A DNA stretch of 35,598 nt from Candidatus Anoxychlamydiales bacterium (GCA_011064745.1 JAAKFJ010000003.1:1-35598), one strand, 5' to 3'. Shown: positions 9,478-19,100, counted from the first letter of the stretch. The notes: generated from the letters alone by a model not told the origin. Program-made: numbers and translations.

Positions 9478-10206
9478 ATGAAAAATATAATATTACTTTT
9501 CATCCTTGTGATCGTAGCCATTGCAGGACTTAAAACCTATAGAAATGCAAAGGAAGAAAAACCGCTCGTCGTGATCATGATGGGGGCTCCCGGCGCTGGT
9601 AAAGGTGCCCACGCACAAGATCTTAGTAAAACCTTAAATATAGCTCATATTTCAACAGGCGACCTTTTTAGAGAAAACATCAAAAATGAAACCCAGCTTG
9701 GAAATATGGCAAAAGATCTAATGGATAAAGGTCTGCTTGTTCCTGATAAGATAGCAGTTGATATGCTCTTCAAGCATATCAGAGATAATGGTTTTGATAA
9801 AACCGGTTATATCTTAGATGGTTTCCCAAGAACTTTAATTCAAGCAAAGGCTTTGGATGAAAGGCTAGCTAGAGATTACAAAAAAATCGCTGTTAACTTA
9901 AGCATTGATGAAGAGAAATTAGTTCAAAGAATTACAGGCAGACTTATTTGCAAATCTTGCGCAGCCTCATACCATAAAGAGAACCTCCCTCCTAAGCAGG
10001 ATGGTATTTGTGATAACTGCTCTGATGAGCTATACCAAAGAGACGATGACACTGAAGAAGTATTAAAAACAAGATTAGAAGCCTATAATAAAGATACCAA
10101 ACCTCTATTGGATTATTACCAAAACAAAAAGATTTTAAAAGATATAGATTCGAATGATACTAAAGAAGTTGTTTTCGAAAATCTTTTAAATACTGTGAAA
10201 TCTTAA
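9478..10206 (+). CDS. adk: Adenylate kinase with N-terminal hydrophobic extension
   Basis: 'GAPGAGKG', 'HISTGDLFR', 'LDGFPRT', Zn-lid CKSC..CDNC, 'QRDDD'; GAGG RBS. Confidence 0.93.
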   Translation: MKNIILLFILVIVAIAGLKTYRNAKEEKPLVVIMMGAPGAGKGAHAQDLSKTLNIAHISTGDLFRENIKNETQLGNMAKDLMDKGLLVPDKIAVDMLFKHIRDNGFDKTGYILDGFPRTLIQAKALDERLARDYKKIAVNLSIDEEKLVQRITGRLICKSCAASYHKENLPPKQDGICDNCSDELYQRDDDTEEVLKTRLEAYNKDTKPLLDYYQNKKILKDIDSNDTKEVVFENLLNTVKS

Positions 10207-10209
10207 ATC

Positions 10210-10247
10210 AAAAATGATTCATACCTTTTGGCATGAATCATTTTTTT
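10210..10247 (+). terminator. Rho-independent terminator after adk
   Basis: AAAAATGATTCATACC-TTTT-GGCATGAATCATTTTT hairpin ending in T7. Confidence 0.85.
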
Positions 10248-10343
10248 CTAAAAAGCCCATAATAAAGTTAAAATTATTATTATTTTATTTAAAAAAATTA
10301 GTATTTATTAAAAAAAAATCAACTATAAGTAATTAAATTTTTC

Positions 10344-10372
10344 TTTACAAAAAATTAATAATTCTCTATAAT
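10344..10372 (+). promoter_or_regulatory. Putative sigma66/sigma70 promoter
   Basis: TTTACA-N17-TATAAT upstream of the 10410 ORF. Confidence 0.55.
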
Positions 10373-10409
10373 ATAATCGAATTGGGAACGTATGCAAGGA
10401 AGGAAAACA

Positions 10410-11852
10410 ATGTGTGTCTCTTCTATTTTTAGAAGTAAACAAACGATTGATAGTGATACAGCAATACTCACGTCAAATTTTTCTAATAATCAAAAAATAA
10501 GTAATAGTTCTTTTTTTAAAAACATCATAAAAAATTCTTTAAATCGTTTAGGCAGTATAAAAAATATTTTAAATCCAATATCTCGCTTCTTTACTTCTCA
10601 AAATAGCGCTGACTCAATCGAGTTAAAAGAGACCCCATTTAAGAAAAGCACATCTAAGACAGCTACTCATTCTAAGAAGATTTTTGATATAAAAGAGCTC
10701 TCTGGCAAAAGCATTGATAAAACCGCTACAACATCAATAGAAACCGCCCCAAAGAGTCTTCTTATTCGAGCGAGTAAAAACTTTTTGTCTCTATTAGATT
10801 TTATTTTCGTCAAACATCTTATCCATGCTAAAGCCTGTGATATAACAGTCTTAGTTATGTTTGCATTCATTGTTTTAGCTAGTGCTATTTCTATTGCCGC
10901 GCCCCATCTAGCCTTACTTAATTTCGCTCTACTTGGACAACTCTATGTTCAACCAGCTTTTGGTATACTTAATGTAACAGTTGGGCTCGCTGTCGGTGTT
11001 CAATCTATTAAAAACTTAAAAAAAGCTATTCAAACTAAAAACAAAGAAGAAATCGTTATTGCTATTATTAGTGTATTTTACTCAATGGCTATCGCCACAA
11101 CAGGAGCGGTTGCTTTTGCAAACTTTTCAAATGATATATTATTAAAATCTCTGTTCACTATCTGTGCCGGTTTTGGTCTAGGAATTGGTTCTTACAACTT
11201 TTTAAAAACACAAAGATTTAAAAGACAATTAAAGATTGCTCAAGATAAAAATGAAGTAAAAGAATTTTTTAGAAAAAAAATTACAATCAGTAAAAATGAA
11301 ACTGAGGCTTTAAAAACCAAAATAGATAAATTAACACAAGATAAGGTCGATGAAGAGCTTCGAAAAAACCTAAGTAAAATTCAGTTTGAACTAATCCAAG
11401 CAAAAGGTGAAGATTTAAAAAAACAAAAACTTTTGGATTTAGAGCTTAAAATCATACGAAAAAGAAAAACTGCCAAACTAGAAAAAATTCTCAGATCCAA
11501 AATAACAAAAAACATAAAAGAATTTACCAAAAGCTCTAAAAACGAAGATAAAGATCTAAATATGGCTATTCATAAAGAGTTAAATATAAGAACTATAGCT
11601 GAAACTTTAAGAATACTAGCTCCTTCGTTATCTATAGCGGCCTTTGGAATAAATCAAATGTCTGCATTTGCAACGAGTGAGATTCAAAATTTAGTGTATT
11701 ATTCTATGATGCTTACATCTAAGTTATCAGGATTTTGGCTAAACTATGTTCCTAGTTGGAGAAACGTACCTTGCAATGATAAAAAAGTCTCAAAAACAAT
11801 CAAAACATCTCAGAAATTCTTCACTAAAAAAACCATCCTAGCCGCTAGTTAA
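10410..11852 (+). CDS. Hypothetical membrane/coiled-coil protein (Inc-like/T3SS-effector-like)
   Basis: Ser/Thr/Lys-rich N-terminus, about 4 central and 1-2 C-terminal hydrophobic segments, charged coiled-coil; start 10410 has AGGAAGG RBS (10392 alternative). Confidence 0.65.
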   Translation: MCVSSIFRSKQTIDSDTAILTSNFSNNQKISNSSFFKNIIKNSLNRLGSIKNILNPISRFFTSQNSADSIELKETPFKKSTSKTATHSKKIFDIKELSGKSIDKTATTSIETAPKSLLIRASKNFLSLLDFIFVKHLIHAKACDITVLVMFAFIVLASAISIAAPHLALLNFALLGQLYVQPAFGILNVTVGLAVGVQSIKNLKKAIQTKNKEEIVIAIISVFYSMAIATTGAVAFANFSNDILLKSLFTICAGFGLGIGSYNFLKTQRFKRQLKIAQDKNEVKEFFRKKITISKNETEALKTKIDKLTQDKVDEELRKNLSKIQFELIQAKGEDLKKQKLLDLELKIIRKRKTAKLEKILRSKITKNIKEFTKSSKNEDKDLNMAIHKELNIRTIAETLRILAPSLSIAAFGINQMSAFATSEIQNLVYYSMMLTSKLSGFWLNYVPSWRNVPCNDKKVSKTIKTSQKFFTKKTILAAS

Positions 11853-11933
11853 TAAAATATATTCATATCTTAGTTAAGCACTTTTATAAGAAGTGTGATA
11901 TTGAATGGTATTTAACTTTATCTTTTGAGATAT

Positions 11934-12803
11934 TTAAGAAATCTCAATCTCAGAGACCACAGGCATATGATCTGATGGAAATTTACCATCGAAGGTATCT
12001 GCTAAAATACCATGAGATCTAACATTTACTTTTTTATTAACAAAGATAAAATCCGGTTTTACCCCAGGTTGACCAGCTTCTTTAAAACCTGACCAAGAGC
12101 CTGTTGGACCGTGGTGAGGAAAAACAGCTTTAAACTGTGCATCTATCAAAAAGTTATCTCTAGTTAATATTTTATAGGTCTCTTCACCACCGAGCTTTGG
12201 AAAGATATTAAAATCTCCGGTAATGATAAAAGGGTGATTATTAGTTATTTGAATTACTTGTTCTCTTAATAGCTGAGCACTCTTATTTCTAGCTAAAATA
12301 GAGTGATAATCGAAATGAGTATTAAAAAAATAAAAGATTTGATCAGTTTTCAAATCCTTTAATTTGGCCCAAGTTACGCCTCTTAGATATCTAGCATTCC
12401 AACCTTTACTTAATATTTCAGGTGTTGGAGAGAGGTAAAAATGAGATGTTTGAAGAATTTCAAAACGCTCTTTCAAAAATAAAATTGCATCGACAGAGCC
12501 CTTTTCTTCACCCTCCGTTAAAGCAATACCATGCCAATCATATTCAGGAAGAAGGCTGATAAGATCATTTAACTGATCTTCAGTAGGCTCTTGTAGGCCT
12601 ATAATATCCATATGATGAAAACGGATCATACTAGCCACGAACTCTTTTCTACATCCCCAGCTACAATCACTTGATTTTTTTTCTTCAGCATCTTTTAAAT
12701 GGATATTAAAAGACATGATTCTAATGATATTATCTATACCATTATTAGTTTTTAAAGCTGTCTTTTGTATCCTTAAACTATTGCTAGTCCTGGAAGGTTC
12801 CAT
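11934..12803 (-). CDS. Endonuclease/exonuclease/phosphatase (EEP) family protein
   Basis: 'MSFNI', 'DIIGLQE', 'NTHFD', 'TGDFN', 'PSDHMPV'. Confidence 0.9.
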   Translation of the reverse strand: MEPSRTSNSLRIQKTALKTNNGIDNIIRIMSFNIHLKDAEEKKSSDCSWGCRKEFVASMIRFHHMDIIGLQEPTEDQLNDLISLLPEYDWHGIALTEGEEKGSVDAILFLKERFEILQTSHFYLSPTPEILSKGWNARYLRGVTWAKLKDLKTDQIFYFFNTHFDYHSILARNKSAQLLREQVIQITNNHPFIITGDFNIFPKLGGEETYKILTRDNFLIDAQFKAVFPHHGPTGSWSGFKEAGQPGVKPDFIFVNKKVNVRSHGILADTFDGKFPSDHMPVVSEIEIS

Positions 12804-12922
12804 AGCCCTCTTTTATTGGTAAGTTCAAACATCCTTATTATATCAAAAATGCTAAAAATTTAGAATAATAATATATAGCACTAATAATCAACAGCTTAAA
12901 TTACAAACTAAATTTTTTATGT

Positions 12923-14914
12923 TTATTGCGATGGTTTAGCCCAACCAAATTCTTTTGGAAGCTGTAGCGCAGGAGCGGGTCCAGTTGAAGCTTTTGCTCC
13001 TGGTGCTGATCTCGCTGATGGCATCATCTTAGAAAAATCCATAGGTGGTGGCGCATTGCGACGACGAACTGGTCCAGTGTCTGTGTCTGGTTTAACTACT
13101 GTTCTTGATGATGGCATCCCAAAATCCATGGGTGGTGGCTTGCGACGAACTGGTCCAGTGTCTGTGTCTGGTTTAACTACTGTTCTTGATGATGGCATCC
13201 CAAAATTCATGGGTGGTGGCTTGCGACGAACTGGTCCAGTGTCTGAGTCTGATTTAACTACTGTTCTTGATGATGGCATCCCAAAATCCATAGGTGGTAG
13301 TTTTTTGCCACGAGGTTCAGTGCTTGAAACCGCTGATGCTCCTGGTGCTGGTCTCGATGATGGCATCCCAAAATCCATATGTGGTAAGGGACGATCTCGT
13401 TGAAGGCTTGAAACTGCTGCTACTGCTCTATTTGTGGGCATTCCCAGCCCTGTATAGGATGATGAGCTGGCTGCGCTAACTGTAGGTGCAATCTCTTTTA
13501 ACTCCTTTAAAAGCTGTAATACTTGAGATGCATTGGGTCGATCCTCTGGTCGATGTTGTTTGATCTTGCAGACTGTCTCATATAACTTTGAAGTGAAAGG
13601 GTCAGTTTTAATGTGTCGTTTTTTTCTTTGTATTTCAGGTTCTTCATTTTTACCTTCGGCTGGGAAGATAGGGAGAGAATAAATATCATATTGATCTTTA
13701 ACAAAATTAGTAGGATTTTTATAAACATCTGGCCAGAGAACTTCCATGAAAAATTCTTCAATCATATGTCCAAAAGCGTATATATCAGAGGTTTGAGAGT
13801 CAAACTTGGAGAAATCTGCAGCCTGAGCAATGTACTTTTCTTTTATTTTGGCTGCTATTGATTGTTTTTCTTTCTCATCTATTTCAGGATTATTGAGTAT
13901 TTCTTCTTGTTCTTTTTCTATCTTAGCAAACACTTCTCTTATTTGTTTTGTGTCAGGCTTCCAGTTTTTTTCATCCCAAGGAAAAACTTCTGGCCCGCAA
14001 ATAGGTAAAGAAGTTTCGGATACCGATTCTCCTATTTTAGTTAAGCGATCAAAATCAGTAAGAATTGGGTGAGAATTCCCATCTTCCCCTATATCTTCAA
14101 GAATATTATCGCATTTTAAATCATTGTGTTCCAATTCTTTACCGTGCAAGTCTACCAAGATTTGGCAAAGTTCGGTCAAGAAATCGATTTTTTGCATATC
14201 AGTCCACTTGGGGCGGGGTTTTTTAAAGAGGTGTGAAAGAGTTTTAAAACAAGAAAGATCGCCTCGATAAGCAGGTTGTACCCAAGCTGTTTTTTTAACT
14301 TCTGTTTTCTCATTTGTCTTTGTATCAATTATAGCATTACCCGAATAGTTTATGATATATTGGGTTCGAATTAATCCTGGCACATTAAGCTTGTTGAGTT
14401 TAGGAAGCAATTGCATCTCATTGTCAATGCCTTTTTGAACATCACCTGTGGCATTAATTTGAGATAAAAACGCGATAGGACGCTCTTCATTCAAAATAGC
14501 TTTTTGAACCTTTTTTAAAGCTCCATCTCCCAATTTATCTTTTGCTTTACCAAATAACAGAAAAATTTGACCATCCGATGTCACCATCGCTTTGATTTTT
14601 ACAATAGTTTTATTTTTATCATTTAATTGTACTTGTGTCACTTCAAATTTTCTTCCGTCAACCTCTAGGTGTTTTTTTGACAATAACATAGATGCTATGG
14701 CACTTGAGCCTATTAGAAGACTACTTAGGGACACTGGTGGTTCCATCTCTTTTATCCATGTGCCTTTTTGTGCTTCAATCTCTTGAATAACATTTTCCAC
14801 TATCTTGTCTATATCAGCTCTTTTTTGAAGAGATGCAGGGAATAACTCTTTAAAAGCTTTATGGTCTAAAGCAGAGAATGATCCACTAGGATCTGGACTT
14901 GGAATAGTTGCCAT
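12923..14914 (-). CDS. Atypical Ser/Thr protein kinase with Pro-rich repeat C-tail (putative effector)
   Basis: LGDGALKKV, alphaC 'NEMQLL', 'HNDLKCDNIL', 'TDFD', 'GPE', 'SDIYAFG', 'RPEDRP'; start MATIPS at 14914 with GAGG RBS. Confidence 0.82.
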   Translation of the reverse strand: MATIPSPDPSGSFSALDHKAFKELFPASLQKRADIDKIVENVIQEIEAQKGTWIKEMEPPVSLSSLLIGSSAIASMLLSKKHLEVDGRKFEVTQVQLNDKNKTIVKIKAMVTSDGQIFLLFGKAKDKLGDGALKKVQKAILNEERPIAFLSQINATGDVQKGIDNEMQLLPKLNKLNVPGLIRTQYIINYSGNAIIDTKTNEKTEVKKTAWVQPAYRGDLSCFKTLSHLFKKPRPKWTDMQKIDFLTELCQILVDLHGKELEHNDLKCDNILEDIGEDGNSHPILTDFDRLTKIGESVSETSLPICGPEVFPWDEKNWKPDTKQIREVFAKIEKEQEEILNNPEIDEKEKQSIAAKIKEKYIAQAADFSKFDSQTSDIYAFGHMIEEFFMEVLWPDVYKNPTNFVKDQYDIYSLPIFPAEGKNEEPEIQRKKRHIKTDPFTSKLYETVCKIKQHRPEDRPNASQVLQLLKELKEIAPTVSAASSSSYTGLGMPTNRAVAAVSSLQRDRPLPHMDFGMPSSRPAPGASAVSSTEPRGKKLPPMDFGMPSSRTVVKSDSDTGPVRRKPPPMNFGMPSSRTVVKPDTDTGPVRRKPPPMDFGMPSSRTVVKPDTDTGPVRRRNAPPPMDFSKMMPSARSAPGAKASTGPAPALQLPKEFGWAKPSQ
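13063..13298. repeat. Intragenic 81-bp tandem repeat, about 3 copies (27-aa unit)
   Basis: Units begin 13063, 13144, 13225 (GACGAACTGGTCCAGTGTCTG...GATGATGGCATCCCAAAATCCAT); further partial copy about 13356-13378. Confidence 0.95.
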
Positions 14915-15268
14915 TTTTTCCTCATTATTTATTATTGTACTGTAATAACTACTAATTATTAAAAATATTATAACATTATTATGAATTGTATTCAATGACA
15001 AATTAGTTTTTTAAAAAAAAATTATTATAGAATAAATTCTTTTTTTATGGCCTTGATACGCGAGTTTCTATGAAGTATTTTCTTGAATTCAACAAACCTT
15101 TTACATTAAATATTTAGTAGTCTTTTTATAATAATTACTGATATACAGCTCTATTCTTCTTTTGTGTGTTTTTCTACATCATATCCATCACCACCTATTT
15201 AACTCTCGTCAAGTAGTGAATCTGGACCTCCGATTTTACCTTTCATAGTAAGTAAATCATCTTCTTGA

Positions 15269-15796
15269 TTAATCCTCCTCTTGATTAAAAAACCTATATA
15301 TACGCTGACAAATTAATTCATCAGCTTTTTTAGTTAAATCTCTATATTTTTGAGGAGCAATAACAATAGCCGCCACTTCAAGCATCCAAAATTCTTTATA
15401 GTTATTCATTGCAACTACACCAAGAGCATGAACAGCTGCTCTAGATAAGCTAATTGATGCTTCAGGCCATTTGCCTTGAAAAGCGAAATCTAGAGCCTTG
15501 AACGAGTCATACGCCCCTGCAATATAATGTCTCCAATCAAAATTTAAACATTCATTAAAGGGATAAAAATAAACAGCTTTTGAGAGCATAAAAGGAAGCG
15601 TATAGTGAGCGTTTAAATCAAAAACTCTTCTAGCTAATCCTTCAGATGTTAATTCATATCCAGGATCTCCTTTTGGTAAAAGAGATAGGCTTTCACAAGC
15701 TCTATCAGATATTTTTCTTAAAATTGATGCGATTTCTTGATTGTATTCTGATCCTCTATAAGTGATTTTAGTATCTGAATTATGGCTAATACGCAT
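15269..15796 (-). CDS. Hypothetical protein
   Basis: 175-aa ORF with AGGAGAGG RBS; no family recognised. Confidence 0.65.
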   Translation of the reverse strand: MRISHNSDTKITYRGSEYNQEIASILRKISDRACESLSLLPKGDPGYELTSEGLARRVFDLNAHYTLPFMLSKAVYFYPFNECLNFDWRHYIAGAYDSFKALDFAFQGKWPEASISLSRAAVHALGVVAMNNYKEFWMLEVAAIVIAPQKYRDLTKKADELICQRIYRFFNQEED

Positions 15797-15853
15797 AAAC
15801 CTCTCCTATTTAATAAAATTAAAATCTTGTGATGATAAGAGCTTGAAAAGATA

Positions 15854-15887
15854 AACGCTATGATTTTTTTTTAAATTTCATAGCGTT
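15854..15887 (-). terminator. Inverted repeat downstream of adc, probable operon terminator
   Basis: Perfect 10-bp arms AACGCTATGA / TCATAGCGTT with 14-nt loop; followed by TATCTTTT on minus strand. Confidence 0.55.
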
Positions 15888-15951
15888 ATAAAAAACTGTG
15901 TTAAGCCTTCAGAAAAATCACATTAAGATCTAAATAAGTTGCTTATCAATT

Positions 15952-16695
15952 TTATTTTTTCTTTAGATAATCATGAACAACGCTTCCATAACCTAAAGTC
16001 AAATCTGATACAAAATGAGAAGCTGAGACTATTTCAAGAATTGGTAGATCGGCAACTGGCGCTAAAGCATGGGGATGCAACTCTAGTTGAGCCGGACCGC
16101 TCCAAGCACCTTTAATTTTTATATTTGTGGCAGCATATTTTACTAATTGGCATATTTTTAATTTCCCGTTGACATCTGGAATAATTTTAATTAAGAATTG
16201 AGGTTCTTTCATAGATTTTAAAATCGCATTTTTATTTAGCTCTTTATATTTATATCCCATGGTTCCTGTTGCCACTCTTATAGATCCATAATCTAAAGTG
16301 CCAATTAGAGTATCTTTTTCTACTTTTAAAGTCGGATAGGCTAACTTTTTTGGAAATCCCCAAATCTCTCTACCACCTGAGATAGGCGATTCACAATCTA
16401 AATACATAGAGTGAACATAGCCACCGGATTTGCCTCTGTACGTTATGGGAATTACCTGGCCTGATTCAGTATAATCACCAAAACCCATAGAATCTGGCAT
16501 TCTGATAAATTCATATTTTACAAGAGGCTCTTTAATCTCTAGAGGTTCCGGCACCACTTCTCTTAGGGCATCCATATCCGTTTTATAAGTAATTATTAAG
16601 TATTCTCTATCGACAAAACGATATGGTCCTTTAGAGTAGCTAGGAGAACTAAGAGGCATGCCATAAGCTTTTTTCAGAATGTCTTTTTCTTTCAT
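15952..16695 (-). CDS. adc: Acetoacetate decarboxylase
   Basis: '[23 protein letters not shown]', '[18 protein letters not shown]', Schiff-base '[10 protein letters not shown]', '[15 protein letters not shown]'. Confidence 0.93.
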   Translation of the reverse strand: MKEKDILKKAYGMPLSSPSYSKGPYRFVDREYLIITYKTDMDALREVVPEPLEIKEPLVKYEFIRMPDSMGFGDYTESGQVIPITYRGKSGGYVHSMYLDCESPISGGREIWGFPKKLAYPTLKVEKDTLIGTLDYGSIRVATGTMGYKYKELNKNAILKSMKEPQFLIKIIPDVNGKLKICQLVKYAATNIKIKGAWSGPAQLELHPHALAPVADLPILEIVSASHFVSDLTLGYGSVVHDYLKKK

Positions 16696-16707
16696 ATTTT
16701 TTCCAAT

Positions 16708-17907
16708 TCAAGCTTTTTTTTGTTTTTGATAAAGCTCAAAAGTATGTTTAGCAATCATTATCTCTTCATCGGTTGGAATAACCCAAATAGATACTTTTGA
16801 ATTTTTTGTACTAATTTTTTCTACTCTTTTTCTGCAGGCGTTATTTTTTTCTAAATCTAACTCAAGACCTAACCAAGTAAGCTTTTTTACTACCATTTGT
16901 CTTATTTCAGGTGAATTTTCACCAATGCCCCCTGTAAAGACAAAACCATCTAAACCTTGAAGCTCAGAGGTTAAACTACCTGCAAAAAGAGTTATTCTAT
17001 GCACAAAAATATCAACGGCTAATTTTGCATCCGGATGATCGCTTTTTAAGAGTTTGGCCATATCAGATGAAATGTTCGATACTCCTAGAAGACCCGATTC
17101 CTTGTAATAGAGATTTTGAACTTTCTCAGCCGACCAACCTAATTGATCCATCAAGTAAACCCCAAGATATGGATCAACATCCCCAGGCCTTGTAGCCATT
17201 GGCAGACCTCCCATAGATGTAAGACCAATAGATGTCGCTAAACTTTTTAGATTTTCTATCGCACACATGGTAGCCCCGCCACCTAAATGAGCAACTATGA
17301 ATTTAGCATTGGCTTCTTTTTGAGACATGTACCCTGGCAGTTTTGATGCTATATATTCATAAGAGAGTCCATGAAAACCGTATCTTCTAATTCCTAAACT
17401 GGTTAAAGATTTAGGAAGTGCGTAGCTTTGAGATATTGGATCGCAAGTCGAGTGAAAAGCAGAATCGAATGTAGCTACTTGAAAAAGATTTTTAAACTCT
17501 TCTTTAAAAAAGATATAACCATTTAAATTATAAGGTTGATGAAGCGGAGAGAAAGGAATTAAAGATTTTAAATGTTTAACAACCTCATCATCGAAAACTA
17601 TAGATTCTTTATAATCACCACCATGCACAATTCTGTGACCTGCAGCGATTAAATTGATATTTTTTTGTTTCGTCCAATCTAAAATAAAATGAAGAGTTTG
17701 TTTTACATATGTATTTGAGTCCCCTGCAACCTTTAAATCTTCATCTATCTCTTTTGCACTGCTCTCTTTTATAATCTTGATGTGAGGTTTGTCTGATAAC
17801 CCTGTAACAGAGCCTGAATATTCTCTTTTCATTTCATTTCCATGGATAGAAAAGATTGAAAATTTCATTGAAGAAGAACCGGTATTTAAAACGATTAGAC
17901 TATCCAT
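16708..17907 (-). CDS. ackA: Acetate/short-chain fatty acid kinase
   Basis: 'LNTGSSSMKF', 'GHRIVHGG', 'PLHQP', 'RRYGFHG', 'FTGGIGENS', 'IPTDEE'. Confidence 0.9.
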   Translation of the reverse strand: MDSLIVLNTGSSSMKFSIFSIHGNEMKREYSGSVTGLSDKPHIKIIKESSAKEIDEDLKVAGDSNTYVKQTLHFILDWTKQKNINLIAAGHRIVHGGDYKESIVFDDEVVKHLKSLIPFSPLHQPYNLNGYIFFKEEFKNLFQVATFDSAFHSTCDPISQSYALPKSLTSLGIRRYGFHGLSYEYIASKLPGYMSQKEANAKFIVAHLGGGATMCAIENLKSLATSIGLTSMGGLPMATRPGDVDPYLGVYLMDQLGWSAEKVQNLYYKESGLLGVSNISSDMAKLLKSDHPDAKLAVDIFVHRITLFAGSLTSELQGLDGFVFTGGIGENSPEIRQMVVKKLTWLGLELDLEKNNACRKRVEKISTKNSKVSIWVIPTDEEIMIAKHTFELYQKQKKA

Positions 17908-17910
17908 TTT

Positions 17911-19089
17911 TTACCTTTCTATTGCCATAGCAATTCCCATGCCACCACCTATGCATAGAGTTGCTAGACCTTTTTTAGCATCTCTTTTGATCATCTCAAA
18001 TAATAGAGTAACTAAAATTCTAGATCCAGAAGCTCCTATTGGATGACCAAGGGCGATTGCTCCACCATTAACATTTACAATATTTGGATCTAACCCAAGC
18101 TCTTTATTAATGATAACAGCTTGAACAGCAAAAGCTTCATTGATTTCTAATAGATCAAGATCTTTAATGTTCCAATTAGCTTTTTTTAAACATTTTTGAG
18201 TGGCGCTCATCGGTCCTATTCCCATATATTTCGGATCAACCCCAACACTCGCTGTGGCAACAATTTTAGCAAGGGGTTTTAAGTTTAGCTCTTTGGCTTT
18301 TTTAGCGCTCATGACAATAACAACAGCTGCTGCATTATTTAGACCTGAAGAGTTTCCAGCTGTAACAGTGCCGCCTTCTTTAAAAGGACAAGGCAATTTA
18401 GCTAAAGACTCTAGAGTTGTATTAAACCTGGGATGTTCATCGGTATCAAAAATAATCGGATCTTTTTTTCGTTGGGGTATGCTAATCGGGATTATCTCAT
18501 CTTTGAACTTATTATTTTCAATCGCATTTTTTGCTCTCATTTGTGATTCACAGGCATATTCATCTTGCTCTTTTCTGGAAATATTATATTTCTCAGCTAA
18601 ATTCTCAGCTGTCACTCCCATATGATAGTGATTATAAGCATCGAAAAGTCCATCTTTAATCATGCTATCTATTAACTTCCAATCCCCCATTCTTTTCCCT
18701 TGTCGAGAACCCAATAAAACATGAGGAGAAAGATCCATACTCTCTTGCCCACCAGCTATTATAACATCGGCATTTTGAGATAAAATTTTATGGGAAGCTA
18801 GTTCAATAGTTTTTAAACCAGAGCCGCAAACTTTATTAACTGTAAAAGCTGGAGTTAGGTAAGAAAGTCCAGCTCCAATACTAGCTTGTCTTGCTGGGTT
18901 TTGACCAGCGCCTGCTGTTAAAACTTGGCCCAAAATCACTTCATCGATATTCTCAGATGTCAGCTTTGTTCTTTTGCAAAGCTCTTTGATAAGATCTGCG
19001 CCCATTGTAGAGGCTGCAATATCTTTAGTTATTCCATTAAATTTTCCTATTGCAGTTCTTCCTGCTGCGACAATGACGACTTCATCCAT
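17911..19089 (-). CDS. atoB: Acetyl-CoA acetyltransferase (biosynthetic-type thiolase)
   Basis: 'NKVCGSG' (catalytic Cys), 'NEAF', 'GHPIGASG', 'CIGGG'. Confidence 0.95.
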   Translation of the reverse strand: MDEVVIVAAGRTAIGKFNGITKDIAASTMGADLIKELCKRTKLTSENIDEVILGQVLTAGAGQNPARQASIGAGLSYLTPAFTVNKVCGSGLKTIELASHKILSQNADVIIAGGQESMDLSPHVLLGSRQGKRMGDWKLIDSMIKDGLFDAYNHYHMGVTAENLAEKYNISRKEQDEYACESQMRAKNAIENNKFKDEIIPISIPQRKKDPIIFDTDEHPRFNTTLESLAKLPCPFKEGGTVTAGNSSGLNNAAAVVIVMSAKKAKELNLKPLAKIVATASVGVDPKYMGIGPMSATQKCLKKANWNIKDLDLLEINEAFAVQAVIINKELGLDPNIVNVNGGAIALGHPIGASGSRILVTLLFEMIKRDAKKGLATLCIGGGMGIAMAIER

Positions 19090-19100
19090 TTTTTCATCTC

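Noticed and set aside
12886-12898. IHF-consensus match WATCAANNNNTTR (also at 27731-27743)
   Set aside because: Several chance matches are expected at this AT content; no independent support
13056-13479. Plus-strand repeat ORFs; 81-bp repeats as a possible CRISPR array
   Set aside because: Repeats are contiguous, in-frame and have no unique spacers; no cas genes; the ORFs are antisense to the kinase
14915-15001. Hydrophobic N-terminal extension of the kinase
   Set aside because: AT-rich intergenic sequence with TTG start; RBS supports ATG 14914
15150-15250. 'GGPDSLLDES*IGG' resembling an IS1595 transposase motif
   Set aside because: Too short; no further transposase sequence or terminal inverted repeats
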